This document shows, piece by piece, positions 31,497 to 44,271 of a DNA stretch of 64,000 bases. The notes beneath the pieces were generated by a model that was not told where the DNA came from, searched no databases, and worked only from the letters and a program-made list of their open reading frames with translations. Where the stretch lies: assembly GCA_963665325.3 (NCBI GenBank), contig OZ224045.1:1024001-1088000 (forward strand), given 5' to 3'. A program made the translations under genes and the position numbers. Position 1 is the first letter of the stretch, and every line of letters starts with the position of its first letter. This DNA comes from Alphaproteobacteria bacterium. Lineage in GTDB: Bacteria; Pseudomonadota; Alphaproteobacteria; Bin95.

Positions 31497-31993
31497 GCCC
31501 TGGTGATCGCCTTGTAAGCGGCGGTAAAGCCCTTGAGCGAATAGCTGTCGGAGACCACCGTGCCGCGCGCGGAGGTGGCGGTAAAGACCATGGTGCTGCC
31601 GGCCTTCATCGCTTCCACCACGGGGGCGTTCTTCTGGTCGACCACCCAGGCGGAACTGTCCTTCACGAAGAAGCGGAAATCCTGCGTCTTCTTCTTCACC
31701 GTGACCCGCGCGCGGGGCCGGCTGCTCGGCTTGAGCGGATAGCCGACCTCGACATGGATCTCGCCCTTGAGCGAGCGGCCCGGGAAATGCGCCACCTGGA
31801 AGAAGGCCGGGTCGCGATTGATGCCCTTGGGCTTGTGGCTCTTGGGGTTGGAGGCGATGTAGCAGATCTTTTCCTTGCCCGACCCGTACACGTAAGCCAC
31901 CCAGTCATGGTGCGCGGACAGGCGCTTCGGCTCCTGGGCCGTGGCCGGAAGAGCCACCAGCATCGACAAAACAATTAGCGCACGCGCCGACAT
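31484..31993 (-). CDS. Invasion-associated locus B (IalB) family exported protein
   Basis: Signal peptide; DW...CYIAS...P, AMKAGS, SARGT...[11 protein letters not shown]...C; usual position upstream of rlmN. Confidence 0.8.
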
Positions 31994-32062
31994 TCTCGAC
32001 ATTCCGATTGGTTTTTCCGCGCCCTTCGACCGGAGAAACATACCGCCCTTCGCAGCCCCGGG

Positions 32063-33280
32063 CTAGCCTTCCGGGCCCTTAACCACGCCCGCATCGTGCA
32101 GGCGGCCGATCTCCGCGTCCGGCAGGCCGAGTATGCCGGCGAGAATCTCGTCCGTGTGTTCGCCGAGGCGCGGCGCGGGCCGGGGGCGGCCGCGCTCAAG
32201 GCCCTCGAAGTCGAGCGGAGAGCCAGGCACCGGCCAGGTGCCCATGCCGGGCTGCTCGATCCGCTCGAAAAGGGGGTTCCCCTCGACGAGCACCGGATCC
32301 GCCGCAAGCTCCCGGAAGGTCTGGTACGGCCCCCAGAGCACCCCACTGGCGTCGAAAGACCCGGCGATCTCGGAGAGCGGGCGCGCCGCGATCCAGGGCT
32401 CGACAGCCGCCGCGATCTCCTCGCGCAGGCGCCAGCGGTCCGCCTCGTCGTTCAGGTCCGCGCCGTGTTCCGCCTCGATCCTGCCGAAGGCGAGGTCGAG
32501 ACCGGCCGCCTCGGCGATGCCCCGGAGGTTGCGGGAGGTGAACAGGCAGACCATGACATCGCGTCCGTCGGCAGTGCGGAAGTCGCGGCCGAAGGTGCCG
32601 TATATGTGGTTGCCGACCCGCGCTCGGTCCTCTCCGTTGACGATGGCCTCCCCGACATAGCCGAGCGTCGCGGTCGCCCAGAGGCCGACATCGAGAAGGG
32701 GAAGGCGTATAAGCTGCCCTTCGCCCGTGCGCGATCGTCTGCGCTCGGCCGCGAGCAGGCCGGTCGTGGCGAGCATGCCCGTTGCGATGTCCCAGGCCGG
32801 AAGTACGTTGTCGACCGGCCCATCCCAGCCTTCCGGGCCGGTGACATAGGGGAAGCCGACCGAGGCGTTGACGGTGTAGTCCACCTGCGGCGCGCCGCTG
32901 CGTGTGCCGAGCACGTTCAGCAGGATGAGGTCCGCGCGCAGGGCCGACAGCGCCTCATAGCCGATCCAGCCGCGCGCAGGCAGATTGGTGAGGAAGATGC
33001 CGCCGCCTGGCCCCGGCGCCGCAATCAGCGCCTGCACCAGTTCGCGCCCGCGGGGGTCGCGGATATCCACCCGAAAGGACCGCTTGCCCTTGTTGAGGCC
33101 GGCCCAGTAGATGCTGTCGCCCTTCTCCGTCACCGGCCAGCGCCGGTGGTCGAGCCCGCCTTCGAGCGCGTCGAAACGGATCACATCGGCGCCGAGCTGG
33201 CCGAGCGCCATGCCGCCGAGCGGCGCGGCGACGAAGGCCGAACCCTCCACGATGCGCAGGCCTTCCAGCAGGTCGTACAT
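32063..33280 (-). CDS. CoA-transferase family III, mesaconyl-CoA C1-C4 transferase (2-methylfumaryl-CoA isomerase)-like
   Basis: LRIVEGSAFVAAPLGGM...GGLDHRRWP...YWAGLNKGKRS, VDYTVN, NVLPAWD, GTFGRDF. Confidence 0.78.
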   Translation of the reverse strand: MYDLLEGLRIVEGSAFVAAPLGGMALGQLGADVIRFDALEGGLDHRRWPVTEKGDSIYWAGLNKGKRSFRVDIRDPRGRELVQALIAAPGPGGGIFLTNLPARGWIGYEALSALRADLILLNVLGTRSGAPQVDYTVNASVGFPYVTGPEGWDGPVDNVLPAWDIATGMLATTGLLAAERRRSRTGEGQLIRLPLLDVGLWATATLGYVGEAIVNGEDRARVGNHIYGTFGRDFRTADGRDVMVCLFTSRNLRGIAEAAGLDLAFGRIEAEHGADLNDEADRWRLREEIAAAVEPWIAARPLSEIAGSFDASGVLWGPYQTFRELAADPVLVEGNPLFERIEQPGMGTWPVPGSPLDFEGLERGRPRPAPRLGEHTDEILAGILGLPDAEIGRLHDAGVVKGPEG

Positions 33281-33442
33281 GCCTCTCCCCTCCGGGCAAC
33301 GGATACGGCACGGCCGCACCGATATATTGGCGCGGACGGAAAGGGAAGCCGTCGCCGTCTGTCTTGGCGGCGGGAGGTGGGCGTTCTAAGCTTGGACTCT
33401 GGAAGATGCCGTCCGCAGCGGCCGGGCCGGAGACCTGCCTTC

Positions 33443-34933
33443 ATGCTATCGCTCGCAACGATCCTGGAGACCAGCGCCCGCGACCGGCCGGACAAGGTGG
33501 CCATAGTGCAAGGGCCAGCGCGCATCAGCTACCGGGAGCTGGACGCGCGGGCGCAGGCGGTTGCCGCGGACCTTGCCGGGCGGGGGATCGGGCCGGGGGA
33601 CATCGTGGCGCTTGCCTGCCCCAATGTGCCGGCCTTTCCGGCCTTTTATTTCGGCGTGCTGAAGGCCGGGGCGACGGTGCTGCCGGTCTCCATCCTGCTC
33701 AAGCGCGACGAGATGGCCTACCTGCTGAACGACAGCGGGGCGAAGGCGCTGGTATGCCACGAGGGCTCGGCCGAACTACCGCTGGGCGAGGTGGGCCGCG
33801 CCGCTTTCGGCGATGCGCCGGACTGCAGGCATTTCATCGAGGCGGATGGGCCCGTGGCGGACGCTGCCTTCGATACCGTGCAATGCGGCCCCGATGACAC
33901 GGCGGTCGTGCTCTACACCTCCGGCACGACCGGCCGGCCGAAGGGCGCGATGCTGACGCACTCCAACCTGCTGATGAACGCGCAGCTCTGCGTGGACCTC
34001 GGCGAAGTGCGCCTGGAGGATGTCGTGCTGGTCGCGCTGCCGCTCTTCCACGTGTTCGGCCAGGTGGTGCAGATGCTGGCCGCGTTCCGCAAGGCGGCGA
34101 CCATGGTGTTGGCGCCCCGCTTCGAGCCGGGCCTCTGCCTAGGCCTGATGGAGAGCGAGAAGGTGACGCTGTTCTCGGGCGTGCCGACCATGCTCTGGGC
34201 GCTGCTGACCTATCCCGACGCGGAGAAGCACGACCTCGCCGCCATCGCCTCGACGCTCCGGCAGGTCACGGTCGGCGGCGCCTCGACGCCGGTTGAAATC
34301 TTGCGCGGCTTCGAGACCAAGTTCGATGTGACCGTGCTGGAAGGCTACGGACTTTCGGAGACCTCGCCGGGCGTGTCCTTCAACCAGCTCGACCGCGAGC
34401 GGAAGGTGGGCTCGGTCGGCCTGCCGGTCTGGGGCGTCGAAGTGCAGGTGGTGGACCCGGACGACAATCCCGTGCTCGCGGGCGAACACGGCGAGGTGGT
34501 GGTGCGCGGCCACTGCGTGATGAAGGGCTATCTGGGCCGCCCGGAGGAGACCGCCGAGGTGCTGCGCGGCGGCTGGTTCCACACCGGCGATATCGGCCGC
34601 TTCGACGAGGACGGCTACCTGTATATCGTGGACCGGCTGAAGGAGATGATCATCCGGGGCGGGTTCAACGTCTATCCGCGCGAGGTCGAGGAGCTTCTCG
34701 TGACCCACCCGGAGGTCTCGCTCGCCGCGGTGCTCGGCGTGCCGGACGAACAGTACGGAGAAGAGATCAAGGCCTACATCGTGCCGACGGCAGGCGCTAA
34801 GCCCGACCCCGACGCCATCGTCGCCTGGGCGCGGGAGCGTCTGGCGGGTTACAAATATCCCCGTATAGTCGAACTCAGGGAAAGCCTGCCGCTGGGTGCG
34901 ACGGGCAAGATCCTGAAGCGCGACCTGAGCTGA
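33443..34933 (+). CDS. Long-chain-fatty-acid--CoA ligase
   Basis: YTSGTTGRPKG, EGYGLSETSP, WFHTGDIG, IIRGGFNVYPREVE, TGKILK. Confidence 0.92.
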   Translation: MLSLATILETSARDRPDKVAIVQGPARISYRELDARAQAVAADLAGRGIGPGDIVALACPNVPAFPAFYFGVLKAGATVLPVSILLKRDEMAYLLNDSGAKALVCHEGSAELPLGEVGRAAFGDAPDCRHFIEADGPVADAAFDTVQCGPDDTAVVLYTSGTTGRPKGAMLTHSNLLMNAQLCVDLGEVRLEDVVLVALPLFHVFGQVVQMLAAFRKAATMVLAPRFEPGLCLGLMESEKVTLFSGVPTMLWALLTYPDAEKHDLAAIASTLRQVTVGGASTPVEILRGFETKFDVTVLEGYGLSETSPGVSFNQLDRERKVGSVGLPVWGVEVQVVDPDDNPVLAGEHGEVVVRGHCVMKGYLGRPEETAEVLRGGWFHTGDIGRFDEDGYLYIVDRLKEMIIRGGFNVYPREVEELLVTHPEVSLAAVLGVPDEQYGEEIKAYIVPTAGAKPDPDAIVAWARERLAGYKYPRIVELRESLPLGATGKILKRDLS

Positions 34934-34947
34934 GGAGGACCGGAGCG

Positions 34948-35739
34948 ATGCAACTCACCCCCGAACAGGTCTCCCGCTACGAACGGGACGGCCACCTCTT
35001 TCTCGAAGGCATCTTCAGCGAAGAGGAGGCCGCGCTGTTGCGCAGCGAGGCCGATACGGTGTTCGCGAGCGGGCGCGAGGAGGTCTGGCGCGAGGACAAT
35101 GGCGCGCCGCGCACCGCGTTTGCCGCGCACCGCTACAACGAGATGTTCGGCCGCCTGGGCGCGCATCCGCGCCTGATCCGCCCGGTCGAGCAATTGCTCG
35201 GCGAATCGGTTTACATGCACCAGTACAAGGTGAACGCCAAGGCGGCCTTCGACGGCGCCGTCTGGCAGTGGCACCAGGATTTCGGCACCTGGCACCGCGA
35301 TGACGGCATGCCCGAGCCGCGGGCCATGAACATCGCCGTGTTCCTCGATCCCGTGACGGCTGCCAACGGGCCGCTGATGTTCCTGACGAGCAGCCACCGC
35401 GAGGGCGTGTTCGAGGCCGGACACGACCTGGAGACGACCAGCTATCCGCTCTGGACGCTGGACCGTGAGACGGTCGCGCGTCTCGCCGGCGAGGGCGGCA
35501 TCGCGGCGCCGACGGGCGAGCCGGGCTCGGTGGTGATGTTCCACAGCAACCTCGTCCATGCGAGCCCGCCCAATATCAGCCCGTGGGACCGGGTGATCGT
35601 CTATCTCAGCCTCTGCGCGGTCTCCAACCACATAACGCGCCACAAGCGCGCGGAGTGGGTCGCGCACCGGGATTTCGACCCCATCCAGCCGCTTCCCGAC
35701 GATTGCCTCATTCCGGAAGCCGCCGCAGCCGCCGAATAG
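34948..35739 (+). CDS. Fe(II)/2-oxoglutarate dioxygenase, PhyH/EctD-like
   Basis: HQYKVNAK, WQWHQDF, LVHAS...NISP...R. Confidence 0.87.
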   Translation: MQLTPEQVSRYERDGHLFLEGIFSEEEAALLRSEADTVFASGREEVWREDNGAPRTAFAAHRYNEMFGRLGAHPRLIRPVEQLLGESVYMHQYKVNAKAAFDGAVWQWHQDFGTWHRDDGMPEPRAMNIAVFLDPVTAANGPLMFLTSSHREGVFEAGHDLETTSYPLWTLDRETVARLAGEGGIAAPTGEPGSVVMFHSNLVHASPPNISPWDRVIVYLSLCAVSNHITRHKRAEWVAHRDFDPIQPLPDDCLIPEAAAAAE

Positions 35740-35778
35740 ACCGGGAACTCCTTCGCGCCCGACGGACGCGGCAACGGC

Positions 35779-36735
35779 ATGAGCCTGCGCCTCCGCCTCG
35801 CTTTCGAGGACGGCACGGAGCGCGAAATCGTCGGCCAGCCTTGGCAGACGGTATTCCAGTCGGCCCAGGCGCAGGGAATCGAGCTCGCCACGGATTGCCG
35901 CGAGGGCGCCTGCGCCACCTGCAAGGCGCGCTGCACCGAAGGCGAATACGATGCCGGCGACGCCAGCCCCGAGGCGCTGACCGCCGAGGAGGAGGCCGCC
36001 GGCCTCGTGCTGACCTGCCAGATGCGCCCGTTCGGCGACTGCGCGCTCCGGTTCCCCTATCCCTTCTCGCTGACGGGAGGCGCGGTGAGCACGCAGGCGA
36101 TGCTCGCCGCGCTGGAGCGCGTTGCCGAGGACACGGTGCGCTTCGAGCTGGCGCTCGACGAAGACATGCCCTTCCTGCCGGGCCAGTACGCCCGGATCAG
36201 TGTGCCCGGCACCGGGGCCGAGCGCGCCTTTTCCTGTTCCCGTCGGGACCGGAGAGAGTTCCACGCGCGGCTGCTGCCGGACGGTCTCATGTCGGGCTAT
36301 CTGGCATCGCGCGCGAGGCCGGGTGACCGGCTCGAAATGTCCGGCCCCTATGGCGGGTTCTTCCTTCGTGAGCCGCTGCGCCCCGTCCTGATGGTGGCGG
36401 GTGGGACCGGCCTTGCCCCGATCCTTGCGATGCTGGAAGCGCTGGAAGGGCGGCAGCCGGCGGCCGTGCTGTTCGGCGCGGCCACCGCGGACCGGCTGTT
36501 CGCCCTCGACCGCCTGGCTGCGAGCGGCGCGCAGGTGAGCATCGCGGTTGGGGAGCCGGGCAGAGACCCTTCCTTCCATACCGGCTTTGTCACCGATCTG
36601 ATCGATCCGCCGGCGACGGACATCGACGCCTATGTCTGCGGCCCGCCGGCCATGATCGACGCGGCCCGGGCCCGGCTCCGGGAGGCGGGTGTCACAGAGG
36701 AGCGCATTCATTGCGAACGCTTCCTGCCGAGTTGA
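35779..36735 (+). CDS. [2Fe-2S]-FAD-NAD reductase (BenC/XylZ-like oxygenase reductase)
   Basis: DCREGACATCK...LTCQ, FLPGQY, GPYG, AGGTGLAP, YVCGPPAMI. Confidence 0.88.
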   Translation: MSLRLRLAFEDGTEREIVGQPWQTVFQSAQAQGIELATDCREGACATCKARCTEGEYDAGDASPEALTAEEEAAGLVLTCQMRPFGDCALRFPYPFSLTGGAVSTQAMLAALERVAEDTVRFELALDEDMPFLPGQYARISVPGTGAERAFSCSRRDRREFHARLLPDGLMSGYLASRARPGDRLEMSGPYGGFFLREPLRPVLMVAGGTGLAPILAMLEALEGRQPAAVLFGAATADRLFALDRLAASGAQVSIAVGEPGRDPSFHTGFVTDLIDPPATDIDAYVCGPPAMIDAARARLREAGVTEERIHCERFLPS

Positions 36736-36758
36736 GGCGCGCGCGCCGGCCGGCGGCG

Positions 36759-38165
36759 ATGCTGGCGCTGTGCGCCGCCCTGGCGGCATGGCCGCTCGCA
36801 GGTGCGCGGCTTGCGGCGGAGCCGTTGCCACCGCCGGCCGAAGCGCTGATCGCAGAGGCCGGCCTGGAAGGCGCGCGCACCGGCTACATCGTGGCCGACC
36901 TCGACGGAGGCGCGGTGCTGGCATCGCGGCGCGCGGACGAAGCCTTCCTGCCGGCCTCCACCGCCAAGATCGCGACCGCCGTAGCGGCGCTCGAAATCCT
37001 GGGCGGCGGGCACCGGTTCGAGACCGCGCTGCAACTCTCCGGCGAGGACCTCTATCTGGTCGGCGGCGGCGACCCGCTGTTGGCGGTGGAGGATCTGATG
37101 TCGCTCGCGCGGGCCGGCGTGGAGGCCGGACTGGCCGAGGCGGGGTTCTTCTACGACGACAGCCTACTCCCGCGCGCCTCCGAGATCGACGCCGGGCAAA
37201 GCGGCAGGGCGGTGTACAACCCGGGCGTTTCGGCGCTCTCGCTTTCCTTCAACCGGCGACGGCTCATTTGGCGCGCCCCGGCGGGAGGCGGGCTGGAGGC
37301 GTTTGCCCTGCCCGGCGGCGACCTGGCGCCGTTGATGGCGGCTGTGGGCAGGGGCGAACCCGTTGTGCGGCGCATCGGGACGCCGAAGGGCTCCACTTGG
37401 AATGTGGCGGGGCCGGGGGATGGCAAGACCTGGGTGCCGGTATGGCGGCCCGCGCGGTTTGCCGCCAGCCTGTTCCGGGACCTCGCGGGCATGCAGGGGC
37501 TGGCCCTCGGCGAACCGCAAGCCGGAACCGCGCCGGCCGAGGCCCGAACCGTCGCCCGGCACCGCGGGCAGAGACTGATCGATATCGTCGGCCTGACCCT
37601 CCACTACAGCAACAACCTGCTCGCCGAACTGGTGGGCCTCGGCGCGTCCCGGAAGCTGGCCGGCAAGTCCGGCGCGCTGGCGGTGTCCGCCGCGCGCTTG
37701 CAGGCCGAACTGGACCGGCGCCTCGGCGGCGACGGGACCGCCTGGCTGCTCGACCGCCATTCGGGCCTCAGCAGCAAGGCACGCGCCTCTCCGCGCCGGA
37801 TGGCGGCGCTGCTGCGCTACGCCGACGGGCGTCGCTACGGGGGCCGCAGCTTCGAGTCTCTGCTGCCGATTTCCGGCTGGAAGGGGTCGCTGGCGGGCTG
37901 GGAGGAAGAACCGGCGCTGGCGTTCCGCGTCTGGGCCAAGACCGGCACAATGTATTACGGCCGCGGCCTTGCCGGCTATCTCTACACCGCCTCTGGACGA
38001 AAACTGGCCTTTGCGCTCTTCACCAGCGACCTCGACGAACGCCGGCGGCTGGACGCGCTCGGCCCGGAGCCGGAAGCAGAGGAGAAGGAACTGGCGGAAG
38101 CCTGGCTCGCGAAGGCAAGGGATCTGGAGCGGAACTTGCTCAAACGCTGGGCGCTGGCATTCTAG
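36759..38165 (+). CDS. dacB: D-Ala-D-Ala carboxypeptidase/endopeptidase (peptidase S13)
   Basis: PASTAK (SxxK), GGGDP, SNN, AKTGT. Confidence 0.88.
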   Translation: MLALCAALAAWPLAGARLAAEPLPPPAEALIAEAGLEGARTGYIVADLDGGAVLASRRADEAFLPASTAKIATAVAALEILGGGHRFETALQLSGEDLYLVGGGDPLLAVEDLMSLARAGVEAGLAEAGFFYDDSLLPRASEIDAGQSGRAVYNPGVSALSLSFNRRRLIWRAPAGGGLEAFALPGGDLAPLMAAVGRGEPVVRRIGTPKGSTWNVAGPGDGKTWVPVWRPARFAASLFRDLAGMQGLALGEPQAGTAPAEARTVARHRGQRLIDIVGLTLHYSNNLLAELVGLGASRKLAGKSGALAVSAARLQAELDRRLGGDGTAWLLDRHSGLSSKARASPRRMAALLRYADGRRYGGRSFESLLPISGWKGSLAGWEEEPALAFRVWAKTGTMYYGRGLAGYLYTASGRKLAFALFTSDLDERRRLDALGPEPEAEEKELAEAWLAKARDLERNLLKRWALAF

Positions 38166-38205
38166 CGCCGGCCCCCGGGTATCGCGGGGGTGGGGAGAGG
38201 AGCCG

Positions 38206-38867
38206 ATGACCTTCACCTGCATTGCGCGGGATGCGGCCACGGGCGAACTCGGCATCGCCACCGCAACCCGCTCGCTCGCCGTCGGGGTCCGCGTGCCGCA
38301 TGTCTCGCGCCTCGGCGCGGTCGCCATCATGGCGATTGCGGATTACCGCTTGGGCCGGCTGGCGCAGGACCTGCTGGCCAACGGATGCCGGGCCGAGGCG
38401 GTGATCGACGGCCTCGTTGCCACCGACCCGCACCCCGAATACCGGCAGTTGGGCGTGATCGACGCCCAAGGCCGGGCGGCGGCGCGCACCGGCAGGGAGA
38501 ACCGGGATTTCGCCGGCCACCATGTGCGGGACGGGCTGATTGCGCTCGGCAATGTACTGGTCGGCGAGCATGTGCTGGACGCCATCGAGGCGGGCTTTGC
38601 GGGCGACACGTTCGCCGAGCGCCTGCTCGCCGCGCTTGAGGCCGGGCGCGACGCGGGCGGCCAGCATGGCGGGCAGAACTCCGCCGCCCTCGTCGCCTGG
38701 GCCGGGCACGGTTTCCCCAGCGTCGACCTGCGCGTGGATATCCACGACGAGCCGGTGGGCGAGCTGAGGCGCGTGTTCGATGCCTGGAAACCGGCCGCCG
38801 ACTACTATACCGAGCGCCAGCTCGACCCCCGCGTGCGCCCCCTGCACGAGACGCTGCCGGACAAGGG

Positions 38868-38874
<7 letters not shown>
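38206..38874 (+). CDS. DUF1028 Ntn-hydrolase-like protein
   Basis: MTFTCIARD...GIA, LAVGVRVP, RQLGVID, DLRVDIHDEPVGEL. Confidence 0.85.
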
Positions 38875-41141
<2,267 letters not shown>

Positions 41142-41235
41142 CGCCTGTATCCCCGCCTTCCGGCTCTTCGTCGATACTGGAATCCTAGTCCGGCAGCAGA
41201 CCCTTTGCCAATGCTGCCTCCGCCGGGCGCAGCCC

Positions 41236-42336
41236 CTACCCGTCCAGCGCCGCGCAATGCTGCGACAAGGCGGGCAGGACATCCTCGGCGAGGCGTTGCA
41301 TGGAGGCGCGGCAGAGGTCCGGGTCTTCCCAGTCATGCATCCCGATCAGCAGCGTGCCGAAGGCGCCGATCTCCTCGCGGAGCGCGACCAGCCGGTCGAG
41401 CACCGTGGCCGCCGTGCCGCAGATCGGGATTTCCGCGACCGCCTCCTCCACGTCGAGCAGTGCGTTCAGCTCTTCGGCGGGCGCGTCCGCGATTGCCTTC
41501 ACCTCCGGCAGCCGGCGCAGGCTGCGCAGATAACGGAAGTAGAAATGGAAAACCCCGTCCGGGTCGCCGAGAATGTCATCCGCTTGGCCCTCGCTCTCGA
41601 CCACAAGCAGGTTGCGCGCCACCCGCCAGACGGAAGGGTCCGCGGGCCGGCCCGCCTTCTCGGCCGCCTCGGCATAGAGCGGCCAGTGGGTCGCCACGTC
41701 GCGCGAGGGGATGAAATTCGCCGAGATCGGGATCCAGCCGCGCGCGCCGCACACACCGGCCGAGCCCGAATTGGCGGAAACCATCGCCATGGCGATCGGC
41801 GGGTGCGGGTCCTGGTAGGGCTTGGCGATAAGCCCGACACCGTGGCGCGGATAGACCGCCTCGTCGATGGCGATGTCCCACCAGGGATTGTCGAAGCGGT
41901 AGGGCGGCTCGCCCTGCCAGAGCTCCAGCACGATGTCGATGGCGGCCAGCATCATGCGCTGGCGCTCGGCCGGATCGTGATGGCCGTACATCTCGGCGTC
42001 GCTGACGAGCCCGCCCGGCCCGATGCCGAACAGGAAGCGGCCTTCGCTGAGCTGGTCGAACAGCGCTACGTGGCTCGCGACCGTCACCGGATGATGGTGC
42101 GGGATGTTGATGACGCCGGTGCCGAAGCGGATCGAGCGTGTCTCGCGGATGAGCGTGGCGAGGAAGATCAGCGGCGAGGTGATCTGCTCGACCTTGGAGG
42201 TGAAATGCTCGCCGATCCACGCCTCGGAATAGCCGAGCCGGTCCGCCAGCAGGATCGCCTCGCGGTCCTCCTCCAGCGTCTGGAGAAACGGCTTTTCCGG
42301 GCGATGCAGGGGCATCGAGAACAGGCCGAGCTTCAT
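41236..42336 (-). CDS. LLM-class flavin-dependent monooxygenase
   Basis: KLGLFSMPLH, EAWIGEH, IRFGTGV, GRFLFGIGPGG. Confidence 0.88.
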   Translation of the reverse strand: MKLGLFSMPLHRPEKPFLQTLEEDREAILLADRLGYSEAWIGEHFTSKVEQITSPLIFLATLIRETRSIRFGTGVINIPHHHPVTVASHVALFDQLSEGRFLFGIGPGGLVSDAEMYGHHDPAERQRMMLAAIDIVLELWQGEPPYRFDNPWWDIAIDEAVYPRHGVGLIAKPYQDPHPPIAMAMVSANSGSAGVCGARGWIPISANFIPSRDVATHWPLYAEAAEKAGRPADPSVWRVARNLLVVESEGQADDILGDPDGVFHFYFRYLRSLRRLPEVKAIADAPAEELNALLDVEEAVAEIPICGTAATVLDRLVALREEIGAFGTLLIGMHDWEDPDLCRASMQRLAEDVLPALSQHCAALDG

Positions 42337-42367
42337 TCCGCGCTTCCTCTCCGGCGTCGGGCGCGGG

Positions 42368-43438
42368 TCAGGCTATAGCACGGGCGCTCGTCGGGGAATC
42401 CGGAGCGGCGGCCTCCCGCGCCTCGCGGCCGAGCGCGGCCAGGCGGATGGCGTGGACCCTGCCGGCGACATTCTCCGAGGCCTTCATGTCGGCGATCAGC
42501 GCAGCGCGGGCCGGATCGCCGGGCAGGTCCAGCGCCTCGAATGCGGCGAGGAAATCGCGCTGCTGCTGCCTTGCTGCCAGCAGACGGGCATCGTCCCTGC
42601 CGGCAAGCGCGGCCAGCGCCTCGAAGGACACCAGCCGGGCCGCGAGTTCGCCGAGCGTCTCGTCCTCGAGCCCCGCCTCGGCGGCATCGTCCAGCAGCGC
42701 TTCCATCGCGCCTTGCTGCGAGCCCAGCTTGAGCAGGTCCTCGACATTGCGCAGCGGTCTGGCGAAGGAGCTCCAGATGTCGGTGTTCGGGGCAAGCTGC
42801 GCGGACGCGGGCAGGCGGACATCCCGGAGGTTGAGCCCGCAATGGCCCGTCGGGCGCAGGAACTCGACAGCGCCCGCCTCCGTGCGGGTGAGGCCGGGCG
42901 CATCCCTGGGCACGAGGAAGGTGCCGAACCGCTTGCGCCCGCCCGTTACCCCGGTAATCGCCACCACGATGAAGAGGCCGGCGGAGGGGCCGTTGGTGAT
43001 CCAGGCCTTCTCGCCGTCGAGCCGCCAGCCGCCGTCCGGTAATTCTTCGGCGCGCGCCTTCAGATATTTCGGGTGGGCGCCGGCGCCAGGCTCCGAAATC
43101 GCCGCCGCCAGCGTGGTCTCGCCGCGCGCCAGGCGGGGTAGCCATTCTTGTTTCTGCTCTTCGTCGCCGAGGCGGGCGAGCGCGAAATGGCTGAGCGTGC
43201 AATGCACCTTCCAGGCGAGCATGGCCCCGAGGCTCCGCCCGTGGCGCACCATGTCCCGGCAGCCGCCCGCAAGCCGTTCGAGGTCCCAGCCGCGGCCTCC
43301 ATAGTCCTCGGGAACGGTGAGGCCGAGCAGGCCGGCTTCGGCAAGGCCCTGCCAGAGCTCGGGCGGATAGTCGCCGCTGGAGCGCAGACCGTCACGGCCG
43401 CGGATCAGGCGGGCGGCGGCCGCCGCGACGGTGCTCAC
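42368..43438 (-). CDS. Acyl-CoA dehydrogenase family protein (divergent C-terminus)
   Basis: GLLGLTVPEDYGG, EQKQEWLPRLARGE, AISEPGAG, LDGEKAWITNG. Confidence 0.8.
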   Translation of the reverse strand: MSTVAAAAARLIRGRDGLRSSGDYPPELWQGLAEAGLLGLTVPEDYGGRGWDLERLAGGCRDMVRHGRSLGAMLAWKVHCTLSHFALARLGDEEQKQEWLPRLARGETTLAAAISEPGAGAHPKYLKARAEELPDGGWRLDGEKAWITNGPSAGLFIVVAITGVTGGRKRFGTFLVPRDAPGLTRTEAGAVEFLRPTGHCGLNLRDVRLPASAQLAPNTDIWSSFARPLRNVEDLLKLGSQQGAMEALLDDAAEAGLEDETLGELAARLVSFEALAALAGRDDARLLAARQQQRDFLAAFEALDLPGDPARAALIADMKASENVAGRVHAIRLAALGREAREAAAPDSPTSARAIA

Positions 43439-43854
43439 CGGCGATGGATCGGGTAGCCGTGCTCGTCCGACGCGCCGTCGCGGTAGTTCACGATCCGCTT
43501 CGGGCTGAGGTGAATGCCCATGAGCCGCATGGCCTTGTCGCCGACGGCGGCGAAATTATGCCGCCGCTCGGGGGGCAGGGCCACGGTGTCGCCGGCTTCG
43601 AGGCGGGTGCGCTCGTCCTCCGCGCCCTCCAGCCAGACATCGCAGCTTCCCTCCAGGATATGCAGGATTTCCACATAGGGATGCGCATGCAGGCCCGGTT
43701 CGTAGCCGGGCTCGGCCGTCTGGATGCCCACCCGGATCGGGAAGCCCGCCTCCTCGCCGAGCAGGATGGGGTTGTAGAAGGACTCGGGCGAAAACGGCAC
43801 CGTCTCAGTATCCGCAAGGCGGACGATCTTCGCTTCGGTCATGGTATCGGACAT
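43435..43854 (-). CDS. Cupin domain protein
   Basis: HAHPYVEILHILEG...AGDTVALPPERRHNF. Confidence 0.82.
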   Translation of the reverse strand: MSDTMTEAKIVRLADTETVPFSPESFYNPILLGEEAGFPIRVGIQTAEPGYEPGLHAHPYVEILHILEGSCDVWLEGAEDERTRLEAGDTVALPPERRHNFAAVGDKAMRLMGIHLSPKRIVNYRDGASDEHGYPIHRR

Positions 43855-44271
43855 GGGGCGCGGCCTCCTCAAGCGGCATTCTCGCAGGTGCCGCGTCCGG
43901 CGTCGAGGCGTTGCGGCCCGGCGATGAACTCAGGTTTTTTTCCTAATTTATGTTGACATTACGGAACAAAACGCAATATGGAACGGGAGCGGCAAGGGCC
44001 GGAAGGAGCGGGAAGAATACGGATGCCGGAAGAATTTCCCTGACGCGCCACCGCGGTGCGGCGATCGGATGGACCGGTGTGAGGCGCAGCCCTGGCGGGC
44101 AACGGGCGAAGTGCGTCCTCAATCCGGAAAATCCGGCCGAAAATCGGAATGGGTTGATCTCCCGCCGCCTGTCCTTCAAGGCTCCCCCGACCGCTTCGCC
44201 TTACCCGCCGCACCGGTGAATTTGGTCTTCGCGGTCGACTGAGGTGGCGACAGGAAGACGTTCCGCTCAAC

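Noticed and set aside
32096-34933. 945-aa fusion ending in a CoA ligase
   Set aside because: The first ~450 aa are antisense to the CoA transferase; the real start is 33443
34948-35739. PhyH dioxygenase as the PhnY* partner of the PhnZ-like enzyme, or as true EctD
   Set aside because: It is 32 kb from the phn operon, no ect genes are nearby, and motifs alone cannot fix the substrate
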